Source of the DNA: Amoebophrya sp. A120
Taxonomy: Eukaryota > Protista > Dinoflagellata
DNA: 64,000 nucleotides
Assembly (NCBI GenBank): GCA_905178155.1
Contig: CAJINV010000003.1
Coordinates: forward strand, 5,339,700 to 5,403,699
Direction of reading: 5' to 3'
Part shown: one piece after another, positions 34,401 to 46,871 of the stretch
Numbering within the stretch: position 1 is the first letter of the stretch
Layout: each line of letters begins with the position of its first letter
Position numbers and translations under genes: made by a program
Notes under the pieces: generated by a model
What the model was told of the DNA's origin: nothing
Seen by the model: the letters and a program-made list of their open reading frames with translations, nothing else
Databases searched by the model: none

Positions 34401-37016
34401 TATCCCAAGGCATTTCGGCCCGGGGTTTGCGGCTTCGTGGAGACAACAAAGCAAGCGCAGGCTGCGCTTGTTGTTTTGTTTGCTGTCAAAGCGGCCTTTT
34501 TTTTTTTATTTTTTTTTGTCTTTTTTGGGTTGGTCCTTGTCTTTCATGAGCGCAGGCCCAAAACCCTGCCCGCCGCCACCTAGCAGAAGCAACTACGTCC
34601 GGCGGTGTAGCCGCTTCGGTTTGAAGATAGGCCGCAGGGCCCCTTTCAAACAGGTGGCGCGCATGTCTTCCCCAGGACAACCTAGCAGCGCTGCTGCCAC
34701 TTATATTTTTGACTGCTTTCGTTTTCGACTATGTGGGGCTGCTTAATTCCACTCGTTTCTTCTGCGTGACAGATGTCGCCCATCTATCTAATTCAAGTTG
34801 AGAGCGAGCTAGATGTTTGGCTTCGTACTCTTTTCGGCGACGTCTCGGAACCGGGAACAAAACATCAAAAACGCATGACAACAATAAGTCTCGATTTGTT
34901 TTACAGCTTTAAGATGTCAAATGGTTGAAGAAAAATTTTTGAGTCGCCTATACTTTTTATAGTTTGATTTTTGATGATCATGTGCAAACTCCAATTATCT
35001 TTTCACTTTTGGCATGACAAATGCAAATGATAATCTAGTTCAAGTTGAGACTGACCTAGCTATTTAATTTCATACCTTTTCTGGCGACGATTCGGAAAGA
35101 CAAAGAAACCAGCGAAAATTCATGACAAAAGTGATCATATTTTGTTTCAGGTTTTGAAAATGCAAGATGAAGGATAAGAAATTTTTGAATCCGCTACTTT
35201 TGAATCGCTGAATCCATCCCATAGAAAACCTTTGATGTTCTAGTAGTTGCCGCGAGGGTGGTGTCGACGAGACTTCTGTAGTTGGTGTTGCAGCAGCGGC
35301 TCCACCTCCGGATGATGCTCTATTCTTCGCTTCGCGGCCCGCTAGCGGATGCTTAGAGACTGGCTGCGGTCTCGACGTTTCATCCGATGACATCGCAGAC
35401 GCATCTTTGGTGCGTGCGACCTTACCGATTCTTACCTGCCGGTCCATCTTATTTTCTAGTACACCAGACGTAGCGCCGCTGTTTTTTCCGGACTTATTTT
35501 CTGCCACAGCCACTCGTAGATCTTTATCTCCGTCATGGTCTTCCGTGGCAGAGGACGGCCGCTCATTTTGAATGAGTTCTGCTTGTAGTTCGTCTCGACC
35601 ATCGGCCTCTAAAGGCGCCTTGGTCTCCAAAGACGTCTCGGTGTGTTCCTCTTTGGCAGAAGTGTCGACCGCAGCGGTGAGGGCCGCAGACGACAACGAC
35701 CCTGCTGTAGAGGACGTGGGTTCTTTTTCTACACTCTGTGTTTTTATCTCGTCCGCCTCTCGGTGCCTCTTTTTCTTGTCGACCACAGTTGCGGAAGGGG
35801 ACGTCTGTAGTTTATCCATTGCAAATACGTCTTGGTCTCATGGTGCATGTTTTGCATGGTATGGCATGAGGCTTGCGCCCTCCATGTGCATGGAATGCAA
35901 AATGTACCCGGGACGCGTTTTCTGCGGATTCTATGTTTGTATAGGGGACACCCGCGACGCCGCCCTGAGACCACAGCGAACCCCGATAATTGCATGACCC
36001 ATGCTGCCTGTAATGCATGGCCTAGCATCGCAGATTTTTAGAGTGCTTCGTGACCCCTACTCCGCACGAGAAATGGAGTGCCCTCTCCGCCGCGGAGCGC
36101 AAACTGGGCTGCTCTTGCTGGTCATGCAATACAGATCTCTTTGGAATCCACGGACAGCGTCACAAGTTGCAGAACCTTCCAGACCCAGACATCTTTGCAT
36201 TTGATAGTGTTCCTCGCAGGACGCGATCCACCGCAGCAACTCCGACTCGATGGCCATCGCTGGGTCAAGAACATCATCTTCGCTTTTCTTCTCGTTCATC
36301 TGCTCGGAGGTGGACACAACCACACGATTCATGCCTTTATCTTCTAGTTCGCTCGCTTCTTGTCTCGTTGGAATTGGGGTTGAGCTCTGAGAAGTTGAAG
36401 TGGTCGAGCCTGTGCAGAAGGTCTCGCCGCTCGGTATGTCAGTCGTGACGTCGTCGGTTTCCGGCAGAGCAGTCGTAGAACAAGAGGAGTCGGGGGTGGA
36501 AATCTGATCGATAATACCTCTCCTGCGTGGGTGATTGTTTTCGTGGTTTGCTGCAGCCCTGGTCGTGCCGGGCAACTGCTTGCCCGCCCCGTCTTCATCG
36601 GGGACGAGTCGCACTGCTGGAACTGATCCACTTTCATCCTCGTCCAGCTCTGCCGGTGAGTCTGCGGGAGAAGCGTTTCGCAATTCACTATGTGCTTGTT
36701 GCGGTCGTTCGTGACCGTGACCTTCGACTTCGTCGCCCACATGCGCGATGATTTTTCTTTGTAGGTGAGGCTGCACGTGATGGTTTATTTTCGTGCGTGT
36801 CGTGCTTGATTTTGTTCTGCTAGAGTGAAGATCCTGCTTAAGCGTTCGTGTGGCCCTCGTCGGAGGACCCGGCACCGCGAGCGGCTCCACGACGTAGTCG
36901 GTACTGTGCAAAGCCGTGCTTTTGGCAGAGGACGAGCCTCCATTCCCCGACACTTTGCGACGACGAGAGCGAAGAGATTCCAACCGCAACAAAGACCCAA
37001 CGGAGCTGGTAGACAT
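31459..37016 (-). CDS. Hypothetical protein: long disordered N-terminus plus a globular, possibly RWD/UBC-like block (LKVYPEKYP); 4 exons
   Basis: Exons ~37016-36207, 35807-35216, 32619-31798, 31544-31459 are all in frame after removing introners #15 and #16 and the 2.6-kb TIR element. Confidence 0.65.
31550..31797. mobile_element. Introner #15
   Basis: TATGAGAGCGCACAACTCGCCC...GGGGAGTTTTGCACCACTTTCATA; perfect TSD GCGCA. Confidence 0.85.
32620..35215. mobile_element. 2.6-kb long-TIR element (GG...CC termini, MULE/Merlin-like, no transposase seen) inside a gene
   Basis: ~40-bp near-perfect TIR GGATTCAGCGATTCAAAAGTAGCGGA(C/T)TCAAAAATTTCTT at both ends; subterminal IR (AGTCTCAACTTGAACTAG) and an internal duplication (~32690-32800 vs ~32935-33045); no clear TSD. 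Confidence 0.8.
35813..36206. mobile_element. Introner #16 (family A, long)
   Basis: TATCCATTGCAAATACGTCTTGGTCT...AGACCCAGACATCTTTGCATTTGATA; TSD TAGTT/GTGTT; body similar to #28. Confidence 0.82.
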
Positions 37017-38179
37017 CCTCGTGGTTGCTAGGAGGTACCAATTTTTGTACAGAAATTCTGGTTACAAGTAGTTGGAGCCTAGACTAGTATGCGACGGTAG
37101 CCGTAGCGGTAGTACTATCTGCCGGCTTTTTGATGGTAAAAACATGAGTAATACATGAACGAGATAGACGCTTCTGCTTGCTGCAACAGCTGCAGCGACT
37201 TTCATCTCTTTAAGCTTAATCTTCATACGCAACAGGAGACTGACTCAAGAGTTTTTTTTGAGTTTGAATACTCTCCACTCGTCTGCGAAATTTTGGTTTT
37301 TTTCCGCTCGATGATGTTGCTGATGCTGGTCGTCTCCCTCCTCCTTGACCTCTATGCAACTGTCGGAATCTTCTCAAAGAGCTGCGTGCTGCACTTCATC
37401 ATCGACGCCTGTGCTTTCACAGGAGGATACCCATTCACTCCTAGACAACGCTTGTTGTGGCGTCTGAAATACCTCCGTCATGCTTTACCCAGAGTCGGCG
37501 ACTGCCGCGTTCGCGTGCAGATGCAGGACCAATTTCTACAAAAGGTGGCGAACAGTTGCAAGCTTGAGGAGGTGCAGAATACATAACTCAATTGGGATGA
37601 TTGGATTCTTGTTCTGCCAAAGAAGCATTTAGCATGTCGAATAAAAAAGGTACAGCTGCACGTTCTTTTTAGTCTTTGGTACGTACTATGCAAAAACTAA
37701 AACTGTGAAGAAGTAGCCCATTCCGCCATTCAACAGGTCACGGGAGATCTTTTTTTTCTCGTGTATTGCTATTGGAAAGTACTTCATCAATATCCTGTTC
37801 CTGACTCATGAAGCTCTTCAATTTCCTTCCGCTATTTTTTGGTACTAGGAGCACTACTTGTTGTACTAGTTGATTTGCGGCACGGTCAAGTAGATACACC
37901 GTGCTGTCCGGAATTGCAATTGTTATCATGACGATCCTGAAAATGATGTTCTTGCTCTATTTAAGTTCTCAGACTGCTGAAGACGTGAGCCCTGCGCAAG
38001 TATCTATCTGGACATGATGGTCGTAGTCGGTATACAACTCTTGTCTGTGTGTGTGTCTACGTACGAGAGACAGGTACTTCAATTATCTTGGTCTTGGAAG
38101 AAAGAGTTGTATCTATACCGAGCAATTTTTTCACCACATTCGAAGATCGACCATTTGCATTTGCAGAATAGAATAAAAC

Positions 38180-41100
38180 TCAGGACAAGAAGCCAGGCCA
38201 CCACCAGGCAGTCACCGGTTTGACATGCTTGGTCTTGCTGGTCGGAGCCGCACCCGCGCCGGCTTGGTCGGCGGCTGCAAAGATTCCGGACCATGACCAG
38301 GGGCTGCTTATGTCCTTCTTTTTCGGCACTTCTTCCACCTTGTCATCCTTTTTGTTTTTCTTCGTACTGGCTGCTTTCTTTTCCTCCGTTTTCACCAGCT
38401 TTGGTTTATTCGCGGTTGGGTTTGCTGCTTTTTCTGGTTCTTGGGCAAAGATACCGGAATACCACGCGCCGGTCGTCTCATGCTTTTTCTCGGCAGCTGC
38501 AGCACCACCAGTATCAAATGTAAAAATGTCTGGGTCTGGAAGATTGCCAGGTTTGTCATGCTTGTTTGGCATGACTCGGAAATCTGTGTTGCATAGACAC
38601 GAAAAAGTCTCTTACCTGTCATGCAAAAACGCAGTTTGCCATGCGGAATACGTAAGACATGGCAGCCAAAAAATTTGTCATGCGCAGCTGCGTACTGCAG
38701 TGCGTATATCATTCATTTTTAGCATTACAAGTTTCCAGACCCAGACATTTTTGCATTTGATAACCAGCCGGCTTAGTCGATTTACCATTCGCAACCGCTG
38801 TTGGCGGGTGCACTTTCGGTTTTTTCCCTTCTTCTACTGGTTGTGATAAAACTGGCTTTGTGGCTTCTGCAGCCCTGGTTTCGGCGAAGATACCGGAATA
38901 CCATGGTGCGTCACCTCCCTTTTTTCCAGCGGCGCTAGTACTAGCAGTAGGAGTTGCGGATTTTCTGGCAGCTGCCGCGGTTTTTGCTTTTTCCTGCAGT
39001 GGCGCTGGCGCTTTCGGTTGTTTCTTCAGCACACTGGACTTCGATTTCTTCTCCTCCTCCAGAACACTCGACCACCAACTTTTTTCAGTCTTTTTCTCGA
39101 CCGCCGGGGCCTCCGGGTCTTCCGACACGCCTGGCTCCTTCTTCTCTGCGACACGACCTGCAGCTAGCTTTTGTGCGGCTTGCTTGGTTTTCTTCAGCTT
39201 GGCCGGCTCTTCCGCCAAAATTCCCGACCACCAGGGCTTCTGCTCTTCCGCTTTGGCGCCAGCAGGAGCACTGGTCGCTTTCTTAATAGTGCTCGCCGCG
39301 ACACCAGGCTTGTGGTCCTTCGTCTCTGCATCGGCAGTGGTTTTCGTCAGAAGCATATCCAAGAGAACAACGTTGTTAGTGCATATTTGTATTACGCGCA
39401 ACATGCAAATTCTGTCATGCTGTGCCTGTGCCTGCATTGTGGGGCCCATAATTCAAGGGCGTTTTCACGTACGGTACTATCTGCACATGACAGTTAGTTT
39501 ATGCTGTCATATTATTTGTCATGCTAATCCTCCAAGAACGTTGACGTTCTACCTACAATCTTTTTTTCTTGGATAAAGCATGTCCTGCTTCGGTACCGCG
39601 GGCGCCTTCTCCGCGTCCATCAGGCTAGACCACCAAGATCCTATGAAAAGGAAAAATCCCCCCCCCTCCCCATATCAAAAACGAAATTGGTGACGTCGCT
39701 GTATTTGAGTACACAAATCGACTTGTATTGCTAGAAGGCAAAGAGGCGCAGTTGTGGCCTTGCTTGGAGGCAATTTGTGATGCTGTTTGCCACCTCCAGC
39801 TGCCTGTCATGCTGAGGATGCAAGGCGTTCCCGCGCAACCCAGAACTACAGTCCGCATCTTTTCCCTTCTAGCATGACAAAGGTGATTTGTCACCACAAA
39901 TCTGCATCACAAATTTCCGTTTTGATATCGGGAGGGGGGATTTTTCTTCTTGATAGATCCGCCGGTCTTGTCTGCACCTTTTCTTCCAGCCTCGGGCTTC
40001 TTCTTGATTGGCTTTATTTTCATGGCCGGTCCTGCTGGAGTTTTCTTGTCCTCGTCTGCGTGCGGCTTTGCCGGGAGTTCATCCATGATGCCTGACCACC
40101 AGCTCTTCGCTTGCTTCGCGACATTCTTCGCAGCTTTCAATGCCTCCGCCTCTTGCTTTCCACGACCCGAGGGTTTGTTCTCCGACAAGAGCAAGTCTTT
40201 TTTCTTAAGCGGCACCGGGGTGGCTTTGCTTGCTGATTTCGGCTTCGACTTTTCCTCATCCATGATACCGGACCACCAGGGTCTATTTTCTTTCTCAGCA
40301 GCAGCTTTTTTCGTTTCCGCAGGCCCTGGTTTCGCCGCAGTTGTGGATACGCGGCCGAGCTTCGCATCATCTTTCGCGGCTTTCATCTTCAGGGGCTGAG
40401 GCTCCGTTTCGGCCATTAGGCCAGACCACCAGCTTTTGTCATCTTCCAGCTTCCCATGCGGAGCCGCGATCTTCTTTGCGTCTTTCTTTGGCGGTGGTGC
40501 AGCTGCGGCGTGGTTCACCGGTGGCTTCTTCAACATCTCCGGCCGCTTTTTGCTTTTATCTGCCTCTTCGTCGAAGATGCTGGAAAACCAGCCTTCTTTC
40601 TGCTCTTTCCCAGCGCCATGCGCTTTCATGGCCGCGGCATTGAGGTTCTTGGCGGTCTTTTTTGGCTTCGCTTTTCCTTTCGGAACCGGCACCGGGATCA
40701 GGGTCTTCTCGCCGCGCTGCTCTGCGAGATACGACGACCACCACGATTTACCGGCGTCCTGGTCCGGGTGCTTACTAGTCATCTTACTTGCCGGTTCTTT
40801 CGCGTCGCCAGTATTCGCCTTCTCCACCTGCACCTCCCGCTGCACTTCCGACTTGGTTTCTTTTTTCGCCAGCGTGTTTAAACCTCCGACTTCGTCGAAC
40901 ATACTGTCCCACCAGGACTCATCCTCGCTCTTGTGCGTCTGTTGCGGCGATGAACCGCTATTCTTGCTTTCCGTGCTTGTTGGGGGTTTCACTTTTGGTT
41001 TTGGTGCGGCTTCATCTTTACCGGACTTGTTGTAGTTCCCGCTCTTCTTCTTGTTCTTGGTGCGTGAACCGGGCGCGTTCAGCTCGTCCAGAACGAACGT

Positions 41101-41244
41101 AACCAATGCAGCGCTTTCCTGCTTCTTTGGCCGACCGGAGAAAAGACCTGAAGTGAAATAATCTGAATCTGCGCCTGGCGTATCGAAGCTTGTTTTCCTG
41201 TGCGTATCTTTTTTGGATCGATTACGTTCGTAGCAGAACAACAA
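38180..41244 (-). CDS. Lys/Ala/Pro-rich protein with ~13 W-[WYF]-S-[GS]-[ILVY]-[FML]-[AD]-E repeats; at least 4 exons, 5' end uncertain
   Basis: Exons ~41244-39956, 39636-39576, 39350-38763, 38506-38180 are in frame after removing introners #17-19. Confidence 0.8.
38512..38762. mobile_element. Introner #17 (family A)
   Basis: Near-perfect 30-bp TIR TATCAAATG(T/C)AAAAATGTCTGGGTCTGGAA; perfect TSD ACCAG. Confidence 0.92.
39356..39575. mobile_element. Introner #18 (family E)
   Basis: TATCCAAGAGAAC...TTTTTTTCTTGGATA; perfect TSD AAGCA. Confidence 0.9.
39642..39955. mobile_element. Introner #19 (family G, GAAAAATCCCCCCTCCC TIR)
   Basis: Long TIR; perfect TSD GATCC; homologous to #26. Confidence 0.9.
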
Positions 41245-41256
41245 GACGAGTCAAAA

Positions 41257-41965
41257 CTAAAGCAGCAACGTTGACAGGTGGAAAAAAGGCTGGAAGACAC
41301 GGACCCCGTGAAAGTATTTACTACTTCTGTGATGTGGAATCATTTTTGGAAGCGCGAAAGCGCTCAAAGATTCAGTACTGGAAGTCCTCATTTTGTTCGT
41401 CTGCGGATCGCAGCTGGTGGAGTAGAATTGTTGAACCTCATATCGTATGCATCGCAAATATGTTGTCATTGTCTGGGTCTCAAAGTCAAAACTTGCGATG
41501 TAATTCTTTTTTTCTGGATTGATGAAAGTCAAACTCAAATATGTGAATGATGCGCGCAATGCAGTATGCGGCAGCCAAGCGCGACCTCGAACAGTTTCAG
41601 AGCTGCTATTCGTGGTCTAGTCTACTGCACGCGGAATGCGATGGCAAACTGCGCATTTGCATGACAGGCAGAATATGATCTCTATTGCGTGCCTATGTAT
41701 CACAGAGCTCAGAGGGAGCCATGTCAGACAAGTCTGACAAATCTATCATGCAATCTTCCAGGCCCAGATGAAATGAATCCTTGCAATGCATATAGTGCGG
41801 ACTTTGCTCGTAGCAGACTTGTGCTGCCCGCGCACAACTGTTACAGGCACGGTATTTTTCGTCACAGGGCCGGAGCAGATCTTTCAACTCTTCTGTCTGT
41901 TTTCCGTAACAGGCAGTGTACCGGTGTGTTCCGCTGACACCAGCCATCGCAGGCACAAATGGCAC
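41257..41965 (-). CDS. Cys-containing hypothetical coding segment (separate gene or 5' exons of the W-repeat gene)
   Basis: ORFs 41965-41793 and 41440-41257 join in frame (EQSPH|YEVQQ) on removing introner #20. Confidence 0.5.
41446..41792. mobile_element. Introner #20 (family A, degenerate)
   Basis: TATGCATCGCAAATATG...CCTTGCAATGCATA; TSD TATCG/TAGTG. Confidence 0.75.
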
Positions 41966-44336
41966 TCCGGGCTTGTAGTGGAGATATCCTGATTGATTTT
42001 TTGAACCAGAGCATCCTAGGTATGATAAGAGCCTGGTGATGAACCACTACCTCCACCGAGAGCAGGAACTGAAATCGAGGCGCGGTCAACCTTCCTGTGA
42101 TTGGCGGGCTCCTTCGGTCTGTATGATATACGATTCATACAAAGATGCTCATAGTCATACTTAAGTAATTACCCCAGTTGTCCTCTTTAGTTTGGGATAC
42201 TCCGAAGTCGCCATCTCGTGGTTTTGTGCCCAGGTCGCAGACAAACAACAAGTCGGGGGCTTGCAAGTGGTCCAGACGACGACCGCAGGCTGTATGTATC
42301 AAATTTTTTAGTGGGAACAATTTGAATTTTGTCAGTGTCTGTGTCGCCGTGATGAGAATCCGTATCCGAAGAAAGAGAAAGTATGTGTATGTAGATGACG
42401 CATGACATCTTGAATGACCTTTTTCTCAATGCCAATGGCCATGAATTATCTCTTGATTGTTTTAATGCGAGCAACATAACGACCACGACCTATACAACCG
42501 TCCTTACAGTCATGAAGTCACGGAGTCTTGTTCTCGTATCTGTTTTCCTTTTTGTACACATAGACATAGTGAGAACATTCAGAAGTTCTTTATACCTTCC
42601 GTTTTATTCACTGCTATTTGGTCCACATAGAGCACCTCCGCATTAACTGCCGCCCCAAGCGGTACTGCAATGCGGGCGGAAATTCGCCGTGCCGACATTT
42701 CGCGGACGAACAAAAGATAAGCGCGAAGATTGACTCGAAATGCTAAAGCAGAGCCCCGGCGGAAAAGGTCTTCACATACAACTACATCTATCCTTTTTCT
42801 TGTTTCTAATCACGGTTTCACGCGCACCTAACGGCTCTGGCATTTTTGCAGATAGTCGCATGATGGATATAATCTAAATTTATCAGGCGGTGAGTGTGGC
42901 TGTGTTCATTGGTGTTATTTCGTCTGCGTTTGCTCGTTGGTACTATCTGCTTTCTTTCATGAAAAGCGTATGCACCATCATGTTGCAGTTGCTCCGAGAT
43001 TCAGTGCGAGCAGTCAATACAGTTCGTCAAACAAAGGGGTCCAAAGAACGGCGATCAGACCTACGCCCCTCACCCTGTTCGTACTTGCTTCACCCCACTG
43101 AATATAAATTTCACAAGCACTACAACTCATGCCACCCGCACATCATGTTTAGTTGAAGTCGTTTGCAAGCTAGGACGCAACACAGAGCTTTGTGATATTA
43201 ATCCGCGTGATGAAGAGAGGACCACCGAAATAATATCTCTCGCTGAACGAAGAAGAAATTGACAGGAAATAAAAGTATCGACTTTCACGCAAGAGTACAA
43301 TTCAGTCTTCAGGCGTGATCTCTCGCAAGACCAAATACCCTTGCACTAGGTCTCATCACCAGGCGGCAAACAAGAGAGATGACACACCGACGACGAAGGT
43401 TCAAGCTTGTGCGGGATCTAATAAATCGCTCGCACGTTGTAGTGACAATAATTCCCATCTGTTGACATGTCGGCTGTAGAACACGCTTGCTATGCTGGGA
43501 CGCGGGACTTCTTGGTAGTTGTTCGGTGCAGGAGACGTACTGCGCTGGATAAGATAGAACGACCTAACAACATGATCCCTTCACTTAACAAAGCGTAGTC
43601 GTTGTTGTCGACATTCCTTTATTGACGACCACAGAGCATGCGCACAACAAGTGCTATATAGTTCATCTTGTGTAGCTGTAGAAGCCACTCAAGTACAATT
43701 CTACTTTTACATGCATTTTATCCAGTAGAATGAATGTAAAAATCTCCGTGGGTTTAAGGCTACGGTCGGGTTCGTTTTGATGAATTCGGTCAAAGTAAAA
43801 CTCAAGCGGGTTCAAATACTGTAGAATGAAAAAAGCTGGCTTCACCCTCTACTTACGTGATATATTGATTTGTACTTGTACATCTGAGTGCGCTTCGAAA
43901 TAAAACAACAAATACATTTACGCCAACAAGCACGGTGCTGACACTAACAGCAATAGCAAAGAAAGAGCATGAAAAATTAAAACATTGCATGTACACAGAC
44001 AGAAAAAAAACGAAATAGAAATAGCCTGGAGATCGAGATGATCGGTGAGGGGGTGCAACATCAAGTTCTTCTTAGATGCTTGGACTCAATTTGGATGACG
44101 ATGGATTGGGATTGCAGTAGCAGTGTGGAAAACCTCGGCATTGAATTTTGCGGGTCGTATAGTCGAAACAGGACACCACTTTTGCTTGGCATATTTATGG
44201 TTCCACGCGTGAGTGACGGAGCGTGGTGGAAGAGAACTGGAGAAGGAGAACCCGAACCGAGAGTGAGAAGCTTCGATAAATCAAGTAAGCGAAGATTGCG
44301 CGCTACTTCTTCTTGCGATTGTGATGATGTTCACAA

Positions 44337-46147
44337 TCACAAAGGACAGGCGCCGCCGATGTAGTCGCGCTTTCGATTGAGTCCGTGGGGCGTGTCCACG
44401 TGCTTTTTCGGTTCACGCGGAGGCCACAGAGGATACCGGGCGCGCCGGTTGTGGGCGGTTACCGCCCGAGTTTCCCGTTGAATTTCCAGACAAACCTTTT
44501 CGTAGTCCCGCCTCGCCATCTATCCCAGAGAAAAAAGCTGGCTGTAATGCAAAAATAAATACACAGAAAGATTTGCCATGGGTGGCCCCCTAGCATGCTG
44601 TTTCGGCTATTCGTTCGTTGTGGATCGGCTCTGCCGACCGGGTAACCCAACGCCTAGCATACAATTACAAGTGACCGACTTACTCGGTTATGCGATGCAG
44701 ATTTTCATTTTTCTTTGTGTTTATTTTTGCATTACAAATATGCGCTGCCAGCTTTTTTCTGTGTGATACCATCTCGGCGGCTTTGAAGGGACCCTTGCGT
44801 GTGTCGATCACGGTCACGGGGTGCCAAAGGGTCGAATGAAACATGTTGCGATACTCCTTCATCATTTTCGGTCGCTCCCCCTCCCGCAACACTCGCTCAC
44901 CTGTTCGGAATTGGATCACGACCAGGTCGATAATTAACGATAATAAAGCTGATGGCTCACGTTCTTCTTGTTCATGTCCACTGCTAAAGAACGCAAAACT
45001 TTTCTAGCCATTTAAGCTCCTGAAGTATTCTGGTCGACGAGTCTCTCTGCAACTTTTTCAAGCTTCGACAAGGTTGAAGAAATTTTACTTTTAGTGGTGA
45101 TGGTTTTATTCGTTCGGAACATTATCGTCATGTCGGTTACGGTTTATCTTCCGCAGTTTAATATCTTTATAGATACCTTCTTTATATCTCTCGATGTCGG
45201 GTCTTGCTGGTCCGGTTTGCGGGCGGGTGAGAAACTCGTGGGCCGCACGGTTCATCGCGACCGGTACGGAGACGCGGACGCCCGGGTTGCTCATTGTATC
45301 CACCAGCGCCTCACGAAGCCCAGGGTGACTCTCTCGCCACTTCCGTGCATCGCGAAAAACTTCCTGCTTGGCATGGTCTTCTGGAGTGAACTTGAAACTG
45401 TCAATTTTTTTGTTTGAAGCCCATCAAATTTACGCATGCAACGGTGTTTGGTGTTCTACATGGAAAAAGAACCGAAGCAGGATGAAACTGATAAAAACCG
45501 TGATTCGTTCCTTCTACCCCCACCTTCCTACTCTTGTGATACCACGAATATTAGTACTAGTACTACCAACAACTAACAACTACCATGCATTGATTCTTTT
45601 TCTTTGCGCACGGCATCGAAAAGCAAAAGAGGTTCAAATTCTATTTATACGCAATTAATCTATTGTTCTTTCGGTACTTTTTCTGCAGGCCCTGCATCCA
45701 CATGGAGTTTCCGCGCAGGTCGCTCTTTCGCAAAACCCTCTCGTAGTGCGATAACTCGTCCGCCGCGGTCTGCGGACGCGGTATGGAAGCGTCAGAATCG
45801 AAATTGACAAAATCGAAATAATTTGTCATGCATAAAATGGATTCCAGTTCGAACCCAGTTTCTAAGTGGCGCATGACAAATTATGGCTCTTGCCTAAATT
45901 CAGTTTGTAATGCTGTTTAGGCAAAGAAGACTGATTCTCTCATGCTGCCTTAGCAGCTCGACCTATAACCCCAAGCAGGCTTACAATCGGCCTCACTTGC
46001 CTGCTCTGCAACACACGTGTTGCGCGTCATGCATTTTATGCATCGCAAATTTTTCGACTTTGTCAATTTCGATCCTGACAGTTCCATACGCGGCTGCCGA
46101 CGAATATCTCGCCGGTCGTCCACGTCGGGAACTGTAAACGGTGCCAT
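44337..46147 (-). CDS. Hypothetical basic protein, 5 exons
   Basis: Exons ~46147-46089, 45776-45678, 45397-45141, 44900-44769, 44515-44337; two TIR introns plus GT-AG introns 45677-45398 and 45140-44901 give one continuous frame (MAPFTVPD...GGACPL). Confidence 0.75.
44521..44768. mobile_element. Introner #21 (family C)
   Basis: TATCCCAGAGAAAAAAGCTGGC...GCCAGCTTTTTTCTGTGTGATA plus an inner IR; perfect TSD CCATC. Confidence 0.9.
45782..46088. mobile_element. Introner #22
   Basis: ~40-50-bp TIR TATGGAAGCGTCAGAATCGAAATTGACAAAATCGAAA; perfect TSD CGCGG. Confidence 0.92.
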
Positions 46148-46871
46148 GTTTCTTGGGATGAATACAAATAATATGTGACAACGACGAGAGCGCCGGGTTG
46201 GAGGTACTACTTTAGAACTTCTACGTGTACTGTTTATCCTGAAAGACGGTAGTCGTGGTCCTCACGGGAACAAATGAAAATGGTGCAAAATGTTACAATC
46301 AAAGAAGGAAGAAGAAACTAATCATGAGGGGACTGGGATTTCGAAGATGATAGTAGAATGAAAGACCAGACGTAGATGACGATGCCGAATTTGCATCAAA
46401 AGTATAAAGAAGAGGGAGGTTGACCGACACGGATCTTGGATGAAGCACATCATGTGTGTGCGATAAACTCTCTAGAAGTAAGACCGAATCCGTAACCGAA
46501 TTGGAATTTGTTTGTTGCACGAGAAAACCGAAGCGTTTCGCTGGAAAACAAATATGAGAAATTTGCAAGACCGAGCTAGCTAAAGCTATGGTCTCCGAGT
46601 CTTCATACCGAGATGGGATACCTAAGTATGATGATGACCGATCTAGGTTCTTCTAGTCTCGACGTATTTCATCTGCATGAAAACTGCGATAGTCATGTAA
46701 TTACTAGGGATCGGATTTTTTCGGAACTATCTAAACTGAGAACGGAACCGACAGCCACTCCACCATGGCGATTCGCCTATAAGTCTTCTTCCTTTGTTTG
46801 TCTTTTTTTGTTCTTTCGTGCTGGTTTTTCTGTTCTCGTTTTCTTCAGTTTTGTTTTCTTCCTCTTAAATT

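Noticed and set aside
33004-34746. Short ORFs inside the 2.6-kb TIR element as a possible transposase
   Set aside because: No DDE or DNA-binding motifs recognisable; ORFs are short and inconsistent.
44903-45119. 8-bp direct repeat GTTCGGAA as a possible intron boundary
   Set aside because: Excision between the repeats puts the downstream exon out of frame; GT-AG intron 45140-44901 fits instead.
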